The notes under the pieces were generated by a model. It searched no databases. It saw only the letters and a list, made by a program, of their open reading frames with translations, and was not told the origin of the DNA. A stretch of 55,473 bases of DNA from IMG/VR virus record IMGVR_UViG_3300026522_000616. One strand, written 5' to 3'. Position numbers and translations under genes: made by a program. The DNA comes from an uncultured virus (IMG/VR IMGVR_UViG_3300026522_000616) (taxonomy: Duplodnaviria > Heunggongvirae > Uroviricota > Caudoviricetes). Shown piece by piece: positions 17,468-29,124 of the stretch (position 1 is the first letter of the stretch; every line of letters starts with the position of its first letter).

Positions 17468-17755
17468 ATGGCAGATGAAAAAAAGCACACGTATGTAAAT
17501 ACAATTACACCTGTATTTGCTACAGGAAAATATGAATATCCGAATGTAGGTACAATTAAACCTGTACGTATTTATGAATCGCATTATTACGTTGAAAAGA
17601 AAAATGTAGATAATGTAGAAGTATACAAGGCATATCGTGCTCTTATGGACGTTTGTTTTGACCGTGGTGTAGCTAAAAAAGTTGAACAAGCAGATTTAGA
17701 TAAAGCTATGGCAGATTTTAAAACTGCTTTAGAAAAAGAAGTCGGTCTTTCTTAA
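17468..17755 (+). CDS. hypothetical protein (possible in-frame extension to 17827)
   Basis: GAGG RBS, strong codon bias. Confidence 0.8.
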   Translation: MADEKKHTYVNTITPVFATGKYEYPNVGTIKPVRIYESHYYVEKKNVDNVEVYKAYRALMDVCFDRGVAKKVEQADLDKAMADFKTALEKEVGLS

Positions 17756-17935
17756 GAAGAAGAAAAGAAAGGTGAAACACCTGCTCCAAAAACAGAAGAA
17801 ACAACTACATCTGAAGTAAAAGGCTAATAATTAAAATGCAGTAAAGATTAATTTCTTTACTGTTTTTTAATTGACAAATCACATTATCAATGATAAAATT
17901 ATATATATAGAAAGATATATGGAGGGAAATATATC

Positions 17936-18271
17936 ATGGATATATATGTTCTTGATAATGCACGTTCAAAAGATTTTGTTGCGTTGTGTGAAACAATTAA
18001 AATAAATCCAAATAAAACATGTGATGATTTTATTCATAATGGATTTACAAATTATTATGAACCTGTTTTACATTTTTATAGAAAAATTAATTATCCTGAT
18101 AATTATGACGTTTCTTTTTCAATTGATATTGATAAAAAAACAATGGGGATAAAAGAAATATCTATATTAGATGAAAACTTTTGTCAACCACATTTTTGTG
18201 ATGATATTGCATATAATCAAGTATCAAAAATGATAGATAGTTTAGTAGAAAAAGAATTGTTTTATAGATAA
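17936..18271 (+). CDS. hypothetical protein
   Basis: GGAGG RBS. Confidence 0.75.
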   Translation: MDIYVLDNARSKDFVALCETIKINPNKTCDDFIHNGFTNYYEPVLHFYRKINYPDNYDVSFSIDIDKKTMGIKEISILDENFCQPHFCDDIAYNQVSKMIDSLVEKELFYR

Positions 18272-18277
18272 GGTGAT

Positions 18278-18330
18278 GTCAACTACCCCCACCTAACGCC
18301 TTTGGCGTTTGAGGGGGGGAGACTTCTGCC
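18278..18330 (+). mobile_element. IscB/IS200-type palindromic mini-element A
   Basis: GTCAACTACCCCCACCT..TGAGGGGGGAGACTTCTGCC. Confidence 0.65.
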
Positions 18331-18363
18331 CGTAAGAATATTAAAAGAAAAGGAGAGAGATAA

Positions 18364-18708
18364 ATGGAACCAGTTATCTCGCCGATATGGTTTTATTTAA
18401 TTCATGTTGCTAGTATGATTCATGTTCTATCACTTTTTGTCTTAGTAATTTCTATAGCTGGTTTAGTGGTGTTAGTAGCAGGTGGTCCAGATGAAGAAGA
18501 GAATAGAAGAATCACGAAGAAGTATGTAAAGACTTGCATTATAGCTATAATTATATGTAGTCTTGTGGTAACGTTAGTTCCGAACGCAAGGACAGTATAC
18601 ATGATGCTTGCGGCATCCGTTGTCACCCCTGATAATATTGTAGGCGGTGAAGAACATATTGTTAATCTAATCACAAATATTGTTACTGCAATCAATAATG
18701 CAAAATAA
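18364..18708 (+). CDS. membrane protein
   Basis: Two TM segments; AAGGAG RBS. Confidence 0.8.
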   Translation: MEPVISPIWFYLIHVASMIHVLSLFVLVISIAGLVVLVAGGPDEEENRRITKKYVKTCIIAIIICSLVVTLVPNARTVYMMLAASVVTPDNIVGGEEHIVNLITNIVTAINNAK

Positions 18709-18713
18709 TTTGG

Positions 18714-18753
18714 GTCAACTACCCCCCCACCTATGAGGTGGGAGACTTCTGCC
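18714..18753 (+). mobile_element. IscB/IS200-type palindromic mini-element B
   Basis: GTCAACTACCCCCCCACCTATGAGGTGGGAGACTTCTGCC, direct repeat of A. Confidence 0.65.
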
Positions 18754-18768
18754 TGTGAGGATATTAAA

Positions 18769-18990
18769 ATGTATGAATTAAAATTACCAAAAGATAAACA
18801 AACAGTTTCAATTATTGCTTATGTAAATACTAACAAAAAAGAATATGCAGTTCGTTTGACAAGAGAATTAACGTTTCAAATCTTTGATGAAGGTAAAAAA
18901 ATTTTCCATACACAGATTAAACGTGGGTCATATGATATGGAAACATTAAAACAAGCAGTTGATTATGTATTCCCAAAAATGCACTTGTAA
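18769..18990 (+). CDS. hypothetical protein
   Basis: GAGG RBS before ATG 18769. Confidence 0.65.
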   Translation: MYELKLPKDKQTVSIIAYVNTNKKEYAVRLTRELTFQIFDEGKKIFHTQIKRGSYDMETLKQAVDYVFPKMHL

Positions 18991-19097
18991 ATTGTGCATA
19001 TATAAAAGGAGTAAATAAAAACAAATAATACGTTTATTGATACATGTAGAAAAACAAGTAAAAGAATGGATAGTAAATAATTTGGTTAAAGAAGAAA

Positions 19098-19298
19098 TTG
19101 GGAGTGTTATACTTAATGCAAAAAATTTATCAAATTTTATATTTTGAATCTGCGGATAAGTTAGATGAAATGAGAAAAGAAATTGAACATATGCAAGATG
19201 TTAATTTAGATGTGGAATTAAAACCTTTTGATAAAGGAATATTGGTAATTGGCAGAGTGCAAAAACCGCATTACTATAATAATTATTTTGATAATTAA
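19098..19298 (+). CDS. hypothetical protein (true start probably 19116)
   Basis: ORF ending at a bidirectional terminator. Confidence 0.6.
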   Translation: MGVLYLMQKIYQILYFESADKLDEMRKEIEHMQDVNLDVELKPFDKGILVIGRVQKPHYYNNYFDN

Positions 19299-19331
19299 AA
19301 GAGTGGGTATATCCACTCTTTTTATGTTTAA

Positions 19332-20057
19332 TTAGTTTTTTGCTACTCGTATAAATTCATTATCGTTTCCAATATTATCATTTGTATATATTTTTTTTAT
19401 GCCATTTTTCTTTAAAACAGATATAACATCATTAATATTTGCATTTGCATTAACTTTCCCACTAGATGTTTCTACAATAGCAATTTCGTTTTTTGTTTTC
19501 CCTGTAATAAATTTAGCATCAGGATTTTGTTCACAGAATTCTTGAAAGTTATCATATCCCATTTTTTTTGATAATTTTTCAAATAATTCTATATGGTCTG
19601 ATGTTTCTCCTTCTAAATATTCTCCATCTAAATATACAAAACGATTATCTATATTATCGTATCCATCGTTTAGTGTTATAGTATCCCCAACCTTATCATT
19701 ACGTTTATATAATTGTTGATAACTATCTCCAATATGTTCGTTACAACAAGATTTTATTTCTTCATTCGTAAATGCATCAATGATATGTTTTAATAATACA
19801 TTTTTTGTTTCAATTATCATTTCAGTTTCTATTTTATCAAATTCATTTTCATCTTCAAATTCTTTATAATAATCTAAATCTGAACATAGATTTTCATTTT
19901 TATATATAAATCTATCACAAATATTATACAAAAAATCTGAAAGCGAATCTGTAGGAATATAATTATTTTTTATAAAAGATTGTAATTGTTGTTTTGTTGG
20001 TATTTTATTTTTAATGTTTGATAAATTATAGTATTCATCTACAATATCGTATAACAT
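19332..20057 (-). CDS. third repeat unit of the tandem-domain protein (out of frame with the upstream ORF)
   Basis: GYDNFQEFCEQNP..FITGK..LKKNG.KK.YTN..RVAK shared with upstream ORF. Confidence 0.8.
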   Translation of the reverse strand: MLYDIVDEYYNLSNIKNKIPTKQQLQSFIKNNYIPTDSLSDFLYNICDRFIYKNENLCSDLDYYKEFEDENEFDKIETEMIIETKNVLLKHIIDAFTNEEIKSCCNEHIGDSYQQLYKRNDKVGDTITLNDGYDNIDNRFVYLDGEYLEGETSDHIELFEKLSKKMGYDNFQEFCEQNPDAKFITGKTKNEIAIVETSSGKVNANANINDVISVLKKNGIKKIYTNDNIGNDNEFIRVAKN

Positions 20058-21817
20058 TTCATGCTTTTTTTCTGCTTCGAAATCTGTTCTTTATAAAAAT
20101 TAACCAATTCTTCTACATCTTCTTGATTATATAAATATTTTTCTGAAGATAAAATTAATCTTTTCGTAATTTTTTGAAATTTTGCCACTCTTTCAAAATT
20201 TGTTTCGTGACCCATTTTATTATCATTTGTATATACTTTTTTTACACCGTATTTTTTTAATGCAGAAATTATTTCATTTAGATTTTTAGTATTTTCTGTT
20301 ACTTCAATTACTGCTATATTATTTTCTATTTTACCTGAACAAAACGTAGCATTTTCATTTTTAGGGTCTTGTGAATATTCCCATGAACTTGAATATCCAC
20401 ATTCCTTGGCTATATCATCAAATAATTCTCCGTGGTCGCTACTTTGTTTTACTTTTAAATGTCCATTTAAATAAACAAAACGTGTTAATGCATTATCATA
20501 ACTATTGGATGTGGTTACTTTATCACCAATATTATCTTTTTTATTCGATAATTCTTTGTAACATTCTTGCCCATTTGATTTAATGCTATCATATACTTTA
20601 TTAAATTCTTGTTCTGTAATATTATCTAAAGCATGAGTATTGAATGTGTTGTATACATCATCTTCTACATCCTGTAAATTATTTTTTTCTATATATTGTG
20701 ATATTTCATTTTCGCATATATCTTCTGCAATCATCGGTTCATATTCTTGTATGAATTGTTTGGCGTTTGATAATGTAATTTCTTCGTTAGCATTATACAT
20801 GGATTTAATCAACTCTTGTATATATTCTGTGCCTTTATTTGATTTCATACATGAGTTAATAAAGTTTTTCATTTTTAGATATAGATTATCTTCATTAGCT
20901 AATTTGATTAATCTTTTCGCTACTCGCATAAATTCATTATCCCTACCTTTATTTGTATTTGTATATACTTTTTTTGCTCCGTTTTTCTTTAGTATATTTA
21001 TAACATTATTTATATTCGCATTAGCATTAATTTTTCCGCTAGATGTTTCAATAATAGCAATCCCATTTTCTATTTTACCTGTTATAAATTGTGCATTTGG
21101 ATTTTGTTCACAAAATTCTTGAAAATTATCATAACCTAAATTGTTAGCGATTTTTTCAAATAATTCCATGTGGTCATCACAATTATCTTGTAAATAATTA
21201 TTATTAAGAATAACAAATCTTGAAGAAGAATTATCATAAGATTGTATAGTTTTTATTGTATCGCCTATGTTATCTTTTACTTGTGATAATTCTTCATAGG
21301 CATCTGAAAATTTGTTTTTATTTTTTATACGATTTTCACATTCATTAAATAATGGTTTAAATATAGTTTGATATTTTGAAGAATTTTTAAAAAATTCTGA
21401 TACTATACAATAAGCTATATCATATGATTCACTTTCTCCAACATCATTAAATAATATATTATTATCAAGTAAATAATTGGTAAAAGAAAAACAACAATCT
21501 TCTGTAAATGTGGAATAATCATTACCGCATTCTTTTACTTTTTGTATGAATAAATTATAATTGATGTTGTTATCTTCTGCTAATTCTTCTATAAAATTGT
21601 ATATATCACTATCACAATATCCATTTTTTAAACATTGTTCAAAATAATTTTTCATTGTATTTATGAATGATGAAATATTTTGTATATGATTATCAGATAT
21701 GATTTTATTAATATTTTTATACATATCACTTTCTGAATAATCATTCTTAACAAAATCAGGAAAATATTTTTTAATTATATTAATAATCAAGTCATTATTC
21801 GCAATTAATCGTTTCAA
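20039..21817 (-). CDS. tandem-domain protein with MKRLIA leader
   Basis: Two copies of a domain, each ending RVAK and followed by KRLI. Confidence 0.85.
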   Translation of the reverse strand: MKRLIANNDLIINIIKKYFPDFVKNDYSESDMYKNINKIISDNHIQNISSFINTMKNYFEQCLKNGYCDSDIYNFIEELAEDNNINYNLFIQKVKECGNDYSTFTEDCCFSFTNYLLDNNILFNDVGESESYDIAYCIVSEFFKNSSKYQTIFKPLFNECENRIKNKNKFSDAYEELSQVKDNIGDTIKTIQSYDNSSSRFVILNNNYLQDNCDDHMELFEKIANNLGYDNFQEFCEQNPNAQFITGKIENGIAIIETSSGKINANANINNVINILKKNGAKKVYTNTNKGRDNEFMRVAKRLIKLANEDNLYLKMKNFINSCMKSNKGTEYIQELIKSMYNANEEITLSNAKQFIQEYEPMIAEDICENEISQYIEKNNLQDVEDDVYNTFNTHALDNITEQEFNKVYDSIKSNGQECYKELSNKKDNIGDKVTTSNSYDNALTRFVYLNGHLKVKQSSDHGELFDDIAKECGYSSSWEYSQDPKNENATFCSGKIENNIAVIEVTENTKNLNEIISALKKYGVKKVYTNDNKMGHETNFERVAKFQKITKRLILSSEKYLYNQEDVEELVNFYKEQISKQKKSMKCYTIL

Positions 21818-21921
21818 TTATATCTACTCCTTTTTTTATATCTACCAATATAATAAATAATTGTGGTTGATTTAGAACGTAAAATATGGTATAATATAAT
21901 TAAAGAAATGAGGTAGTTTAT

Positions 21922-22437
21922 ATGAACAAAAAAAGATTTATTAATTTTGTTGCGGTTTGTGTATTCGTGATTTTGTGTATTGTGTTTTTTGGAATTAATC
22001 AAAAGGTAAATAAACAACAAGAGGAAATTATTCAAACAAGACAAGAATTACAAGAACAAAAAGAACAATTGGATAAAGATGCACAATCATTAGATAAAAC
22101 ACATATTCTTATTAAAGATTGTGACAATTTTATGAATAAAGTTTATAAGGATATGTACAATTATACTATCTCAAATTTAAATGATGGAAATATTGATTCA
22201 CAAGAAGCAGAAAAAGAATTATCTGATTTGGCTTTAGTTACAAAAGGTAAGTATAATGAATTTATTGAAAAAAGTAAAGACGTTTATACGGACGATATGA
22301 CAGAAGAACAAAAATCACAAATTAAAAAAGAGCTTGATGTATACGATGAAAAATTTAATAATAGAATTGAAACATTAAATAAAACGATTAGGTATATTCA
22401 TTCACATAAACAAATTCAATTAGATATAATTCAATAA
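21922..22437 (+). CDS. membrane-anchored coiled-coil protein
   Basis: N-terminal TM plus heptads. Confidence 0.75.
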   Translation: MNKKRFINFVAVCVFVILCIVFFGINQKVNKQQEEIIQTRQELQEQKEQLDKDAQSLDKTHILIKDCDNFMNKVYKDMYNYTISNLNDGNIDSQEAEKELSDLALVTKGKYNEFIEKSKDVYTDDMTEEQKSQIKKELDVYDEKFNNRIETLNKTIRYIHSHKQIQLDIIQ

Positions 22438-22809
22438 AAAGAAGTAGAGAATATTCTCTACTTCTTTTTAATTTTTTATTAGATGTTTTTTTTGCAACGC
22501 GAACTAAGTCTTGTGGCTCATTTGTACGATTATAAAAATCTACTAATATACCCCTTATTCATTTTTATCTCTAATTAATAAATAAGTTAAACATAATCGT
22601 TTAATATATATAAAAAATTTAGTGATTGAATCACAAACAAACATTATTCATGTGTTTCTAAGAATATAAAAGTTGAAATTTTTATGAAATTTTAGCTTAT
22701 TTTTTTATTGAAAATGAAACATTTCGCAAAATAAAGTTGAATTTTTAATGTAAAATCACTACAATAAATTGTGTAATGATGATATAATATTTCTATCAAG
22801 TCAAAAGGA

Positions 22810-25800
22810 GTGAATCACTTGCAAAAAGTAAGAAAACGTAATGGAAAAGTTGTTGACTACGATTCGCATAAGATATTTAATGCGATTAAGAAAGCTAACA
22901 ATGATTCCAAAGATAAGAGAATGAATAATTCGATTATTTGGGGGATGGTAAGTCAGATTGAAGAAAAATTTGAAGATGTAAAAGCACCTTCAGTAGAAAG
23001 TATTCAAGACGAAGTGGAAAATGTTCTCATGAAGTCAAATTGGGAACATACTGCTAAATCGTATATTATTTATCGTTCGGAACACGCAAAAATTCGTGAT
23101 ACACATGAAGAACTTATGAAAAAAATGATGGATATTACATTTCAATCTGGTGAAGAATCAGATTACAAACGTAGTAATGCTAATATTCAATCAGATGAAC
23201 CAATGGGTTCAATGTTAATTTATGGGACAACAGTAAGTAATTTCTTTAATGATAATTACATTATTCCGAAGAGATATATTGATGCTCATAGAGCAGGATA
23301 TATTCATATCCATGAATCTTATTGTGGATAAAAAAATAGGTGAACTGATAAAATATCAGGTGTACAATTTACGTATAGGAAATGTAGGAAATGACATTTA
23401 GAAATTGTGCTAACAGGGAATGACTTTATATAAGTAGAATCCTGTGCTAACATTTACATTTTTTGTAAATTAAGTTAATCGACTATCCATTTATGGAGTA
23501 CATATATGTTAAAAATATGTGGAAGTGCCTATCTTAGATGATATAGTCAATCTGCAATAGACAACTGTCTACTGTGAGAGGACAAGGATTTTTCAGAGCT
23601 AACATTCAACTGCCTCCAGGTGGATTTACAAAAGACATTTAAAGACGGTTTTAAAATTGGTAGCTCATATATTAGAGAACCGCAAAGTATTCGTTCTGCT
23701 GCAAGTTTAGCTTGCATCGTGTTGCAATCTTCGCAGAATAACATGTTTGGTGGACAATCAATTCAGGACTTTGATAGAGCTATGGCAGAAGGTGTAAGAC
23801 GTTCTTTTAAGAAAGAATTTGAGGAATGTGCTAAAAACCTTGCTATGGTTTCTGATGTATCAGAAGATACTGTAGACGAGATTTTGAAACAAAAACAGAA
23901 CGAATATCCAACGTATAAAAATGATAAAAACATTGATAAACTAACAGATGATAAAGAATTAAATAAGCTATTTAAAAATGCTTATAAGCTGGCTTGTAAG
24001 CGTGTAGAAGAAGAAACACATCAAGCTATGGAAAGCGTTATTTTCAATCTAAATTCGATGCATTGTTTACCATATTCTTCAACAATTTTTGTTTATGATA
24101 AACAAGAAGAAGAATTAAAAGTAATGCAAATTGGTAAACTACATGAGATTTATGAAAAAGGTCGTTATCAGGCTATTTCATTAAATCAAAATACAGGTGT
24201 AGCAGAATTAAAAGATATTACTGATATTGAAAGAAAAAATAATCATCGTAGATTGATTACAATTCATACAACATCAGGAGCATCAGTTACGACAACAGAC
24301 AATCATAAAGTAATGTATCTTAATAACGCAGGTAAAATTGCTGAAGATTATCCTGAAAGTGTACCAAATGTATTAATGCCAAGAAATTTTGTTTTTAATG
24401 TGAAAAATGATATTAGTTTAGATAAATTCCATTCACGTACAAAACAAAATTATACAGAAAATCATATTGTAGTAAATCCTTCTTTTGGTAAATTGGCAGG
24501 GTATTATGTTGCAGAAGGTTCTATTGTTGGTGATAGTCAATTATGCTTTACCACTTGTGATGAAACTAAAGAACAAGAATTGTTATCATTAATGAAAGAA
24601 TGCTATAATGAAAAAGTAACATATAATAAATATTCTATGCCTAATGGTAAACCAAAGGATATAAGATTTAATGTTGGTAAAGTTTGGTCGGACGCATTTA
24701 AATATTATTTCGGTAGAAATGCACATGAGAAAAAAATTCCAATGCAAATTATGTTTGGAACAAAAGAAGTTCAATCTGCATTTTTGGAAGGGTATTTTAA
24801 ATGTGATGGTAGTATAAAACCAACATATATTGGGGCTACAACTGTTTCAGAAACGTTACGTTCTCAAATTCAATTAATGATTTTGTCAATGAATGAAATG
24901 TCTCATATTCACAATACATATAACAGGAAAACGTCTTATGGAACATATAATGGATATGATATTAGTTTTAATTCTAATACTGCAAATCGTTTGAATTTGA
25001 AAGATTTAAATCAAAATAATGTACGAGCAGAATATATTTATTATGATTTTGATTTTTTGAAGAATTTATTAAGTCGTAATATTGATGGTAGGAAACCAAA
25101 ATTTAATCGTGTAAAAAAAGAAATTATTGACACAAAAGCAATTGATGATAATAAATTCATTCCTGCTTCACATATATATCCATTATTTATTGAAAAAGTA
25201 ACGGAAAGTAATAGTGAAGAAGAATATGTTTATGATATGTCTGTTGCAGACAATGAGACTTTCTTAACATCTAATTGTATTTTTGTTCATAATTCGAGAG
25301 CTGGCTCTCAAGTGCCATTTAGTTCCTTAAATTTTGGGTTAGATACGTCTGAAGAAGGACGTTTAGCTATGAAGCATTTACTGCTTGCACAAGAAGCAGG
25401 ATTAGGACATGGCGAGACGAGCATCTTCCCTAGATAAATGGGGCTTACTTTAATCAGTAAGAAACATATTGTGAAAACGGTAGAAGTTTTAATCGACTTC
25501 GTAAGAGAACCTAAATCCTAAATGGATAGTGGTAATACCGTGTTAAGACTTATTAATGCTAAAATAAAATATAATGGAGGTGAGAAAATGAATAAAATAT
25601 TTAAAACGAATACAGGATTAGAATATAAAATTAATTATGATTATATAAAAAATGGTAATCATTATTATGAAATTGAATTTCTAAGAACACATAGCAAACG
25701 AACTGTTTTGAAGCAAGCATTGAATCAAGGTTGTATTAAAGATTTATTCTATCCAACATTATATGGGATTGGATATATGGGAAATGCAACATCAAAAATG

Positions 25801-28565
25801 AATAAACGCGCTTGCACATTATGGAGAAATATGTTAAGTAGATGTTATAATTCTCATAACAAAAAAGACTTTTCTTCATATGGTGGATTAGGTGTTACTG
25901 TTTGTAATAGATGGCATTGTTTTGAATATTTTTTAGAAGATTTATCCAAAATTGATGGATATAATGAAAAAGAATTCAATGATGGAATTTTATGTTTGGA
26001 TAAAGACATAAAGCAAAAAGGATTATTACCATCACAAAAAGTTTATTCTTTAGATACTTGTATGTTTATATCTAATGAAATAAATATTAAATATAGAAAC
26101 ACAGAACAATATTCAAAACATTTTATTGCTATTTCACCAGATAATGATTTAATGATAATTCATGGAATTGTACATTTTTGTAAAATATATAATTTCAGTC
26201 CAGGTAGTGTTAAATTGCGATTGGATAAAAAGCTGTTTAAACCTTATCATGGTTGGAATTTCTTTAGCATTAATAATTAAAATGTAACGACTATCCGTGA
26301 GAACGGAGTACATATTATTAAAATATGGAAGTGCAATATACATCATAATGATGTAAAGAGATAGTCTAATCCGCATTTCTTTAAGAAATGGTTAAAATAT
26401 TACGAAAGTAACGGTATAAATGATAACTATATTTAGACTTAAAAAGGGTATTAGTTATGACCCTGGTGACCCGAATTACGATTTATTTAAATTAGCTATG
26501 CGTGTAAGTGCAAAGCGTCTGTTCCCTAAACAACATTGGGGCTTACAGTAATGTAAGAAACATATTGTGAAAACGGTAGAAGTTTTAAGCAACTTCGTAA
26601 GAGAACCTAAATCTATTTTTAATAGATAGTGGCAATACCGTGCTAAAATTTATTATAAATAATAAATAAAGTGTAACGACTATAGGAGAAATCCTAGTAC
26701 GCATAAAATTATGCGGAAGCGCAATATACATCAATATGATGTAAAGAGATAGTCTGCGAATTATAGAAATATAATTTATTTAAGCGAATTTTGAAAATCA
26801 AGACGCACCTTACAATATGCAATATTATAATCCAAATGATTATAGAACTGAGATTGCAACCATAAACAAACCTGTGGCTTTATACAGAAATGTATATCGA
26901 AGAACTTTTCTAAACAAGGAAACCTTAAATTTTTAAGGTAATCTAGTGCTAAATTTATTTATAAATGGTGAAATATGCAAGAACTATGGAAAGAAATTAA
27001 AGGTTATAATGGAAGATATTTAATTAGTAATTTTGGACAAGTTAAAAATAAAGATGGAAGATTATTAATCGGAGACAAAAATAATTGTGGATATAGACGT
27101 GTTTGTTTATCTAATCCACATAAAAGATTTTTTATACATAGATTAGTTGCATATTATTTTTGTAATCCACCAATAAATTATAGTACACTTGTTGTTAATC
27201 ATATTGATGGAAATAAATTAAATTGTAGATATGACAATTTAGAATGGTGTACTCGTTCTGAAAATGATAAACATGCATTTAAGAATGGTCTTAGAAAAGT
27301 ACATAAAAATCATTATAAAACAACATGGTGTCCAATAATTATATATTCTGATAAAGATAGAAATAATGTTATCAGAGAGTTTGATGAAAGAAAACAATTT
27401 GCAGATTATTATGATAAATCATATTTATCTGTAGATGGAATCATAAAACGTGGATATTTTATTTACAAAAATAAAAAATTTTATGTTTCTACATATAGAA
27501 AAACAATTAAACACATTTATTAATAATAAAAGCTAAACGACTATCTACGGAAGTAGAGTACACTTTTTGAGTTAGTGGAAAAGAAAAGATGCCTATAATT
27601 ATAGGTATGTGATATAGTCTGAACCTATAGTGATATAGAAAATGCTACGCTGGGGCTGTAGAACCAAAACTCAAATGAATTTGAATGGCGAACCAATTAC
27701 TTCATCAAGAGGTAATTTTGCATTCGATACCATTAATCTTCCTATGTTGGCATTGGATGCAAACCATGATATTAAAAAGTTCTATAAACTTTTGGATAAA
27801 TACATGAAACTTTGCAAAGAAAATCTTCTTTGGAGATTTGAACGCATTGGTCATCGTCATGTATATAATTTCCCATTCTTGATGGGACAACATCTTTGGT
27901 ATACAAGTGAACAATTGAAATGGACAGATGAAATTGCTCCTGTATTAAAACAAGCATCTATTTCAATTGGTTTCTGTGGATTGGCAGAAGCACTTGTAGC
28001 ATTGATTGGTTCACATCATGGAGAAACAGAAGAAGCGCGTAAGTTAGGATATGAAATTATTAAACATATGCGTGAAATGACAGATAAGTACGCGAAAGAA
28101 ACGCATTTAAACTTTAGTTTATTTGCGACACCGGCAGAATCAACTGCTGGTGCGTTCCTTCGCGATACAAGAAAGAAATATGGAGTTATTAAAGGTGTAA
28201 CGGATAGAGAATATTTTACGAACAGTATGCATATTCCAGTTTACTATCCTATTTCAGCTGCAAAGAAAATTGAGATTGAAGCTCCATATCATGAGTTGTG
28301 TAATGCGGGTGTAATTAGCTATTTGGAAATGGATGGAGACCCATTAAAAAATCTTGATGCTTTTGAAACTGTTATTAGATATATGCACGATAAGAATATG
28401 AATTACTTTGCAGTCAACCACCCCGTAGACAGATGTCCTTCATGTGGTAATACATTAGTTATTGATGGAGACACTTGCCCAATTTGCGGATATAAAGAAA
28501 TTCGTGAAGATACAGATATTCACGTAAATATTCGCGATATTGGTTGTGGTTGTACAGATAAGTAA
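22810..28565 (+). CDS. nrdD: anaerobic (class III) ribonucleotide reductase large part; exons 22810-23313, 23581-25431, 26423-26527, 26787-26863, 27653-28565
   Basis: ATP cone; spliced joins HIH|DKDF, IFP|ITIF, RLFP|NF, IAT(AT|G)GCRT restore NrdD motifs; CxxC pairs at C-terminus. Confidence 0.92.
23314..23580 (+). mobile_element. group I intron 1 (no ORF)
   Basis: Exon ends in U, intron ends in G; IGS GTGGAT; GACTA and ATATAGTC (P7) elements. Confidence 0.88.
24064..25293 (+). mobile_element. intein with LAGLIDADG endonuclease (410 aa)
   Basis: SMH|CLPY...FVHN|SRAG; LAGYYVAEG and FLEGYFKCDG blocks. Confidence 0.93.
25432..26422 (+). mobile_element. group I intron 2 with endonuclease ORF
   Basis: TTCCCT|...TG|ATA; AACGACTA and AGATAGTCT core. 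Confidence 0.88.
25588..26280 (+). CDS. intron-encoded putative homing endonuclease
   Basis: GGAGG RBS; WRNMLSRC..YGGLGVTVCNRW..LDKD. Confidence 0.75.
   Translation: MNKIFKTNTGLEYKINYDYIKNGNHYYEIEFLRTHSKRTVLKQALNQGCIKDLFYPTLYGIGYMGNATSKMNKRACTLWRNMLSRCYNSHNKKDFSSYGGLGVTVCNRWHCFEYFLEDLSKIDGYNEKEFNDGILCLDKDIKQKGLLPSQKVYSLDTCMFISNEINIKYRNTEQYSKHFIAISPDNDLMIIHGIVHFCKIYNFSPGSVKLRLDKKLFKPYHGWNFFSINN
26528..26786 (+). mobile_element. group I intron 3 (no ORF; sister of intron 2)
   Basis: TTCCCT|...CG|AAT; core nearly identical to intron 2. Confidence 0.88.
26864..27652 (+). mobile_element. group I intron 4 with HNH ORF
   Basis: Splits the ATG of MGCRT; AACGACTA and ATATAGTCT. Confidence 0.88.
26975..27523 (+). 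CDS. NUMOD4-HNH homing endonuclease
   Basis: WKEIKGYNGRYLISNFG; IHRLVA; VNHIDGNKLN. Confidence 0.92.
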   Translation: MQELWKEIKGYNGRYLISNFGQVKNKDGRLLIGDKNNCGYRRVCLSNPHKRFFIHRLVAYYFCNPPINYSTLVVNHIDGNKLNCRYDNLEWCTRSENDKHAFKNGLRKVHKNHYKTTWCPIIIYSDKDRNNVIREFDERKQFADYYDKSYLSVDGIIKRGYFIYKNKKFYVSTYRKTIKHIY

Positions 28566-28728
28566 ATTAAAATTACGGAAGTCTATTTAATTAATAGGTG
28601 ATGTAATTATGAATGTTACATTTATATATTGTTTGATTGCATTTATCTTTGGATTAGTTAATATAATGTTTTCATTATATGTAATTAAAAATATGGATAA
28701 ATAAATTTTAAAAACAGAGACGAGAAAT

Positions 28729-29109
28729 ATGAGACGTAAAAAAGGAAAATTATATATGGAAAAAGAATATAAGAAAAAATTCTGTATCTATAAAATTGTA
28801 GATAAGAATACAAATAATGTAATTTATATTGGACAAACTACGAATACATTACATCGTAGACTAATTCAACATCATTCAGGGGACTATACATATCCTGATA
28901 GACAAATTAGTAAATATGATTTTGATGATTTAGATATACTTCCAATTGTAGATTGCAGTACACAAGATGAAGCAGATAAATTAGAGAAATTATATACGGA
29001 AATGTATGAAAAAGATTATGATTTGCTTAATGTGAAAAAAGCAAATGACCCCTCTCCTGAAATTAAAGAAAAAATTAGCAATACTTTAAAGAAAACTTTA
29101 AATTCATAA
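28729..29109 (+). CDS. free-standing GIY-YIG nuclease
   Basis: CIYKI..IYIGQT..RLIQH. Confidence 0.82.
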   Translation: MRRKKGKLYMEKEYKKKFCIYKIVDKNTNNVIYIGQTTNTLHRRLIQHHSGDYTYPDRQISKYDFDDLDILPIVDCSTQDEADKLEKLYTEMYEKDYDLLNVKKANDPSPEIKEKISNTLKKTLNS

Positions 29110-29124
29110 AAAAGGTGATATGAT

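Noticed and set aside
23620..25437. Treating nrdD pieces as pseudogene fragments
   Set aside because: Breaks have U/G splice boundaries, IGS pairing and group I core motifs, and splicing restores the frame
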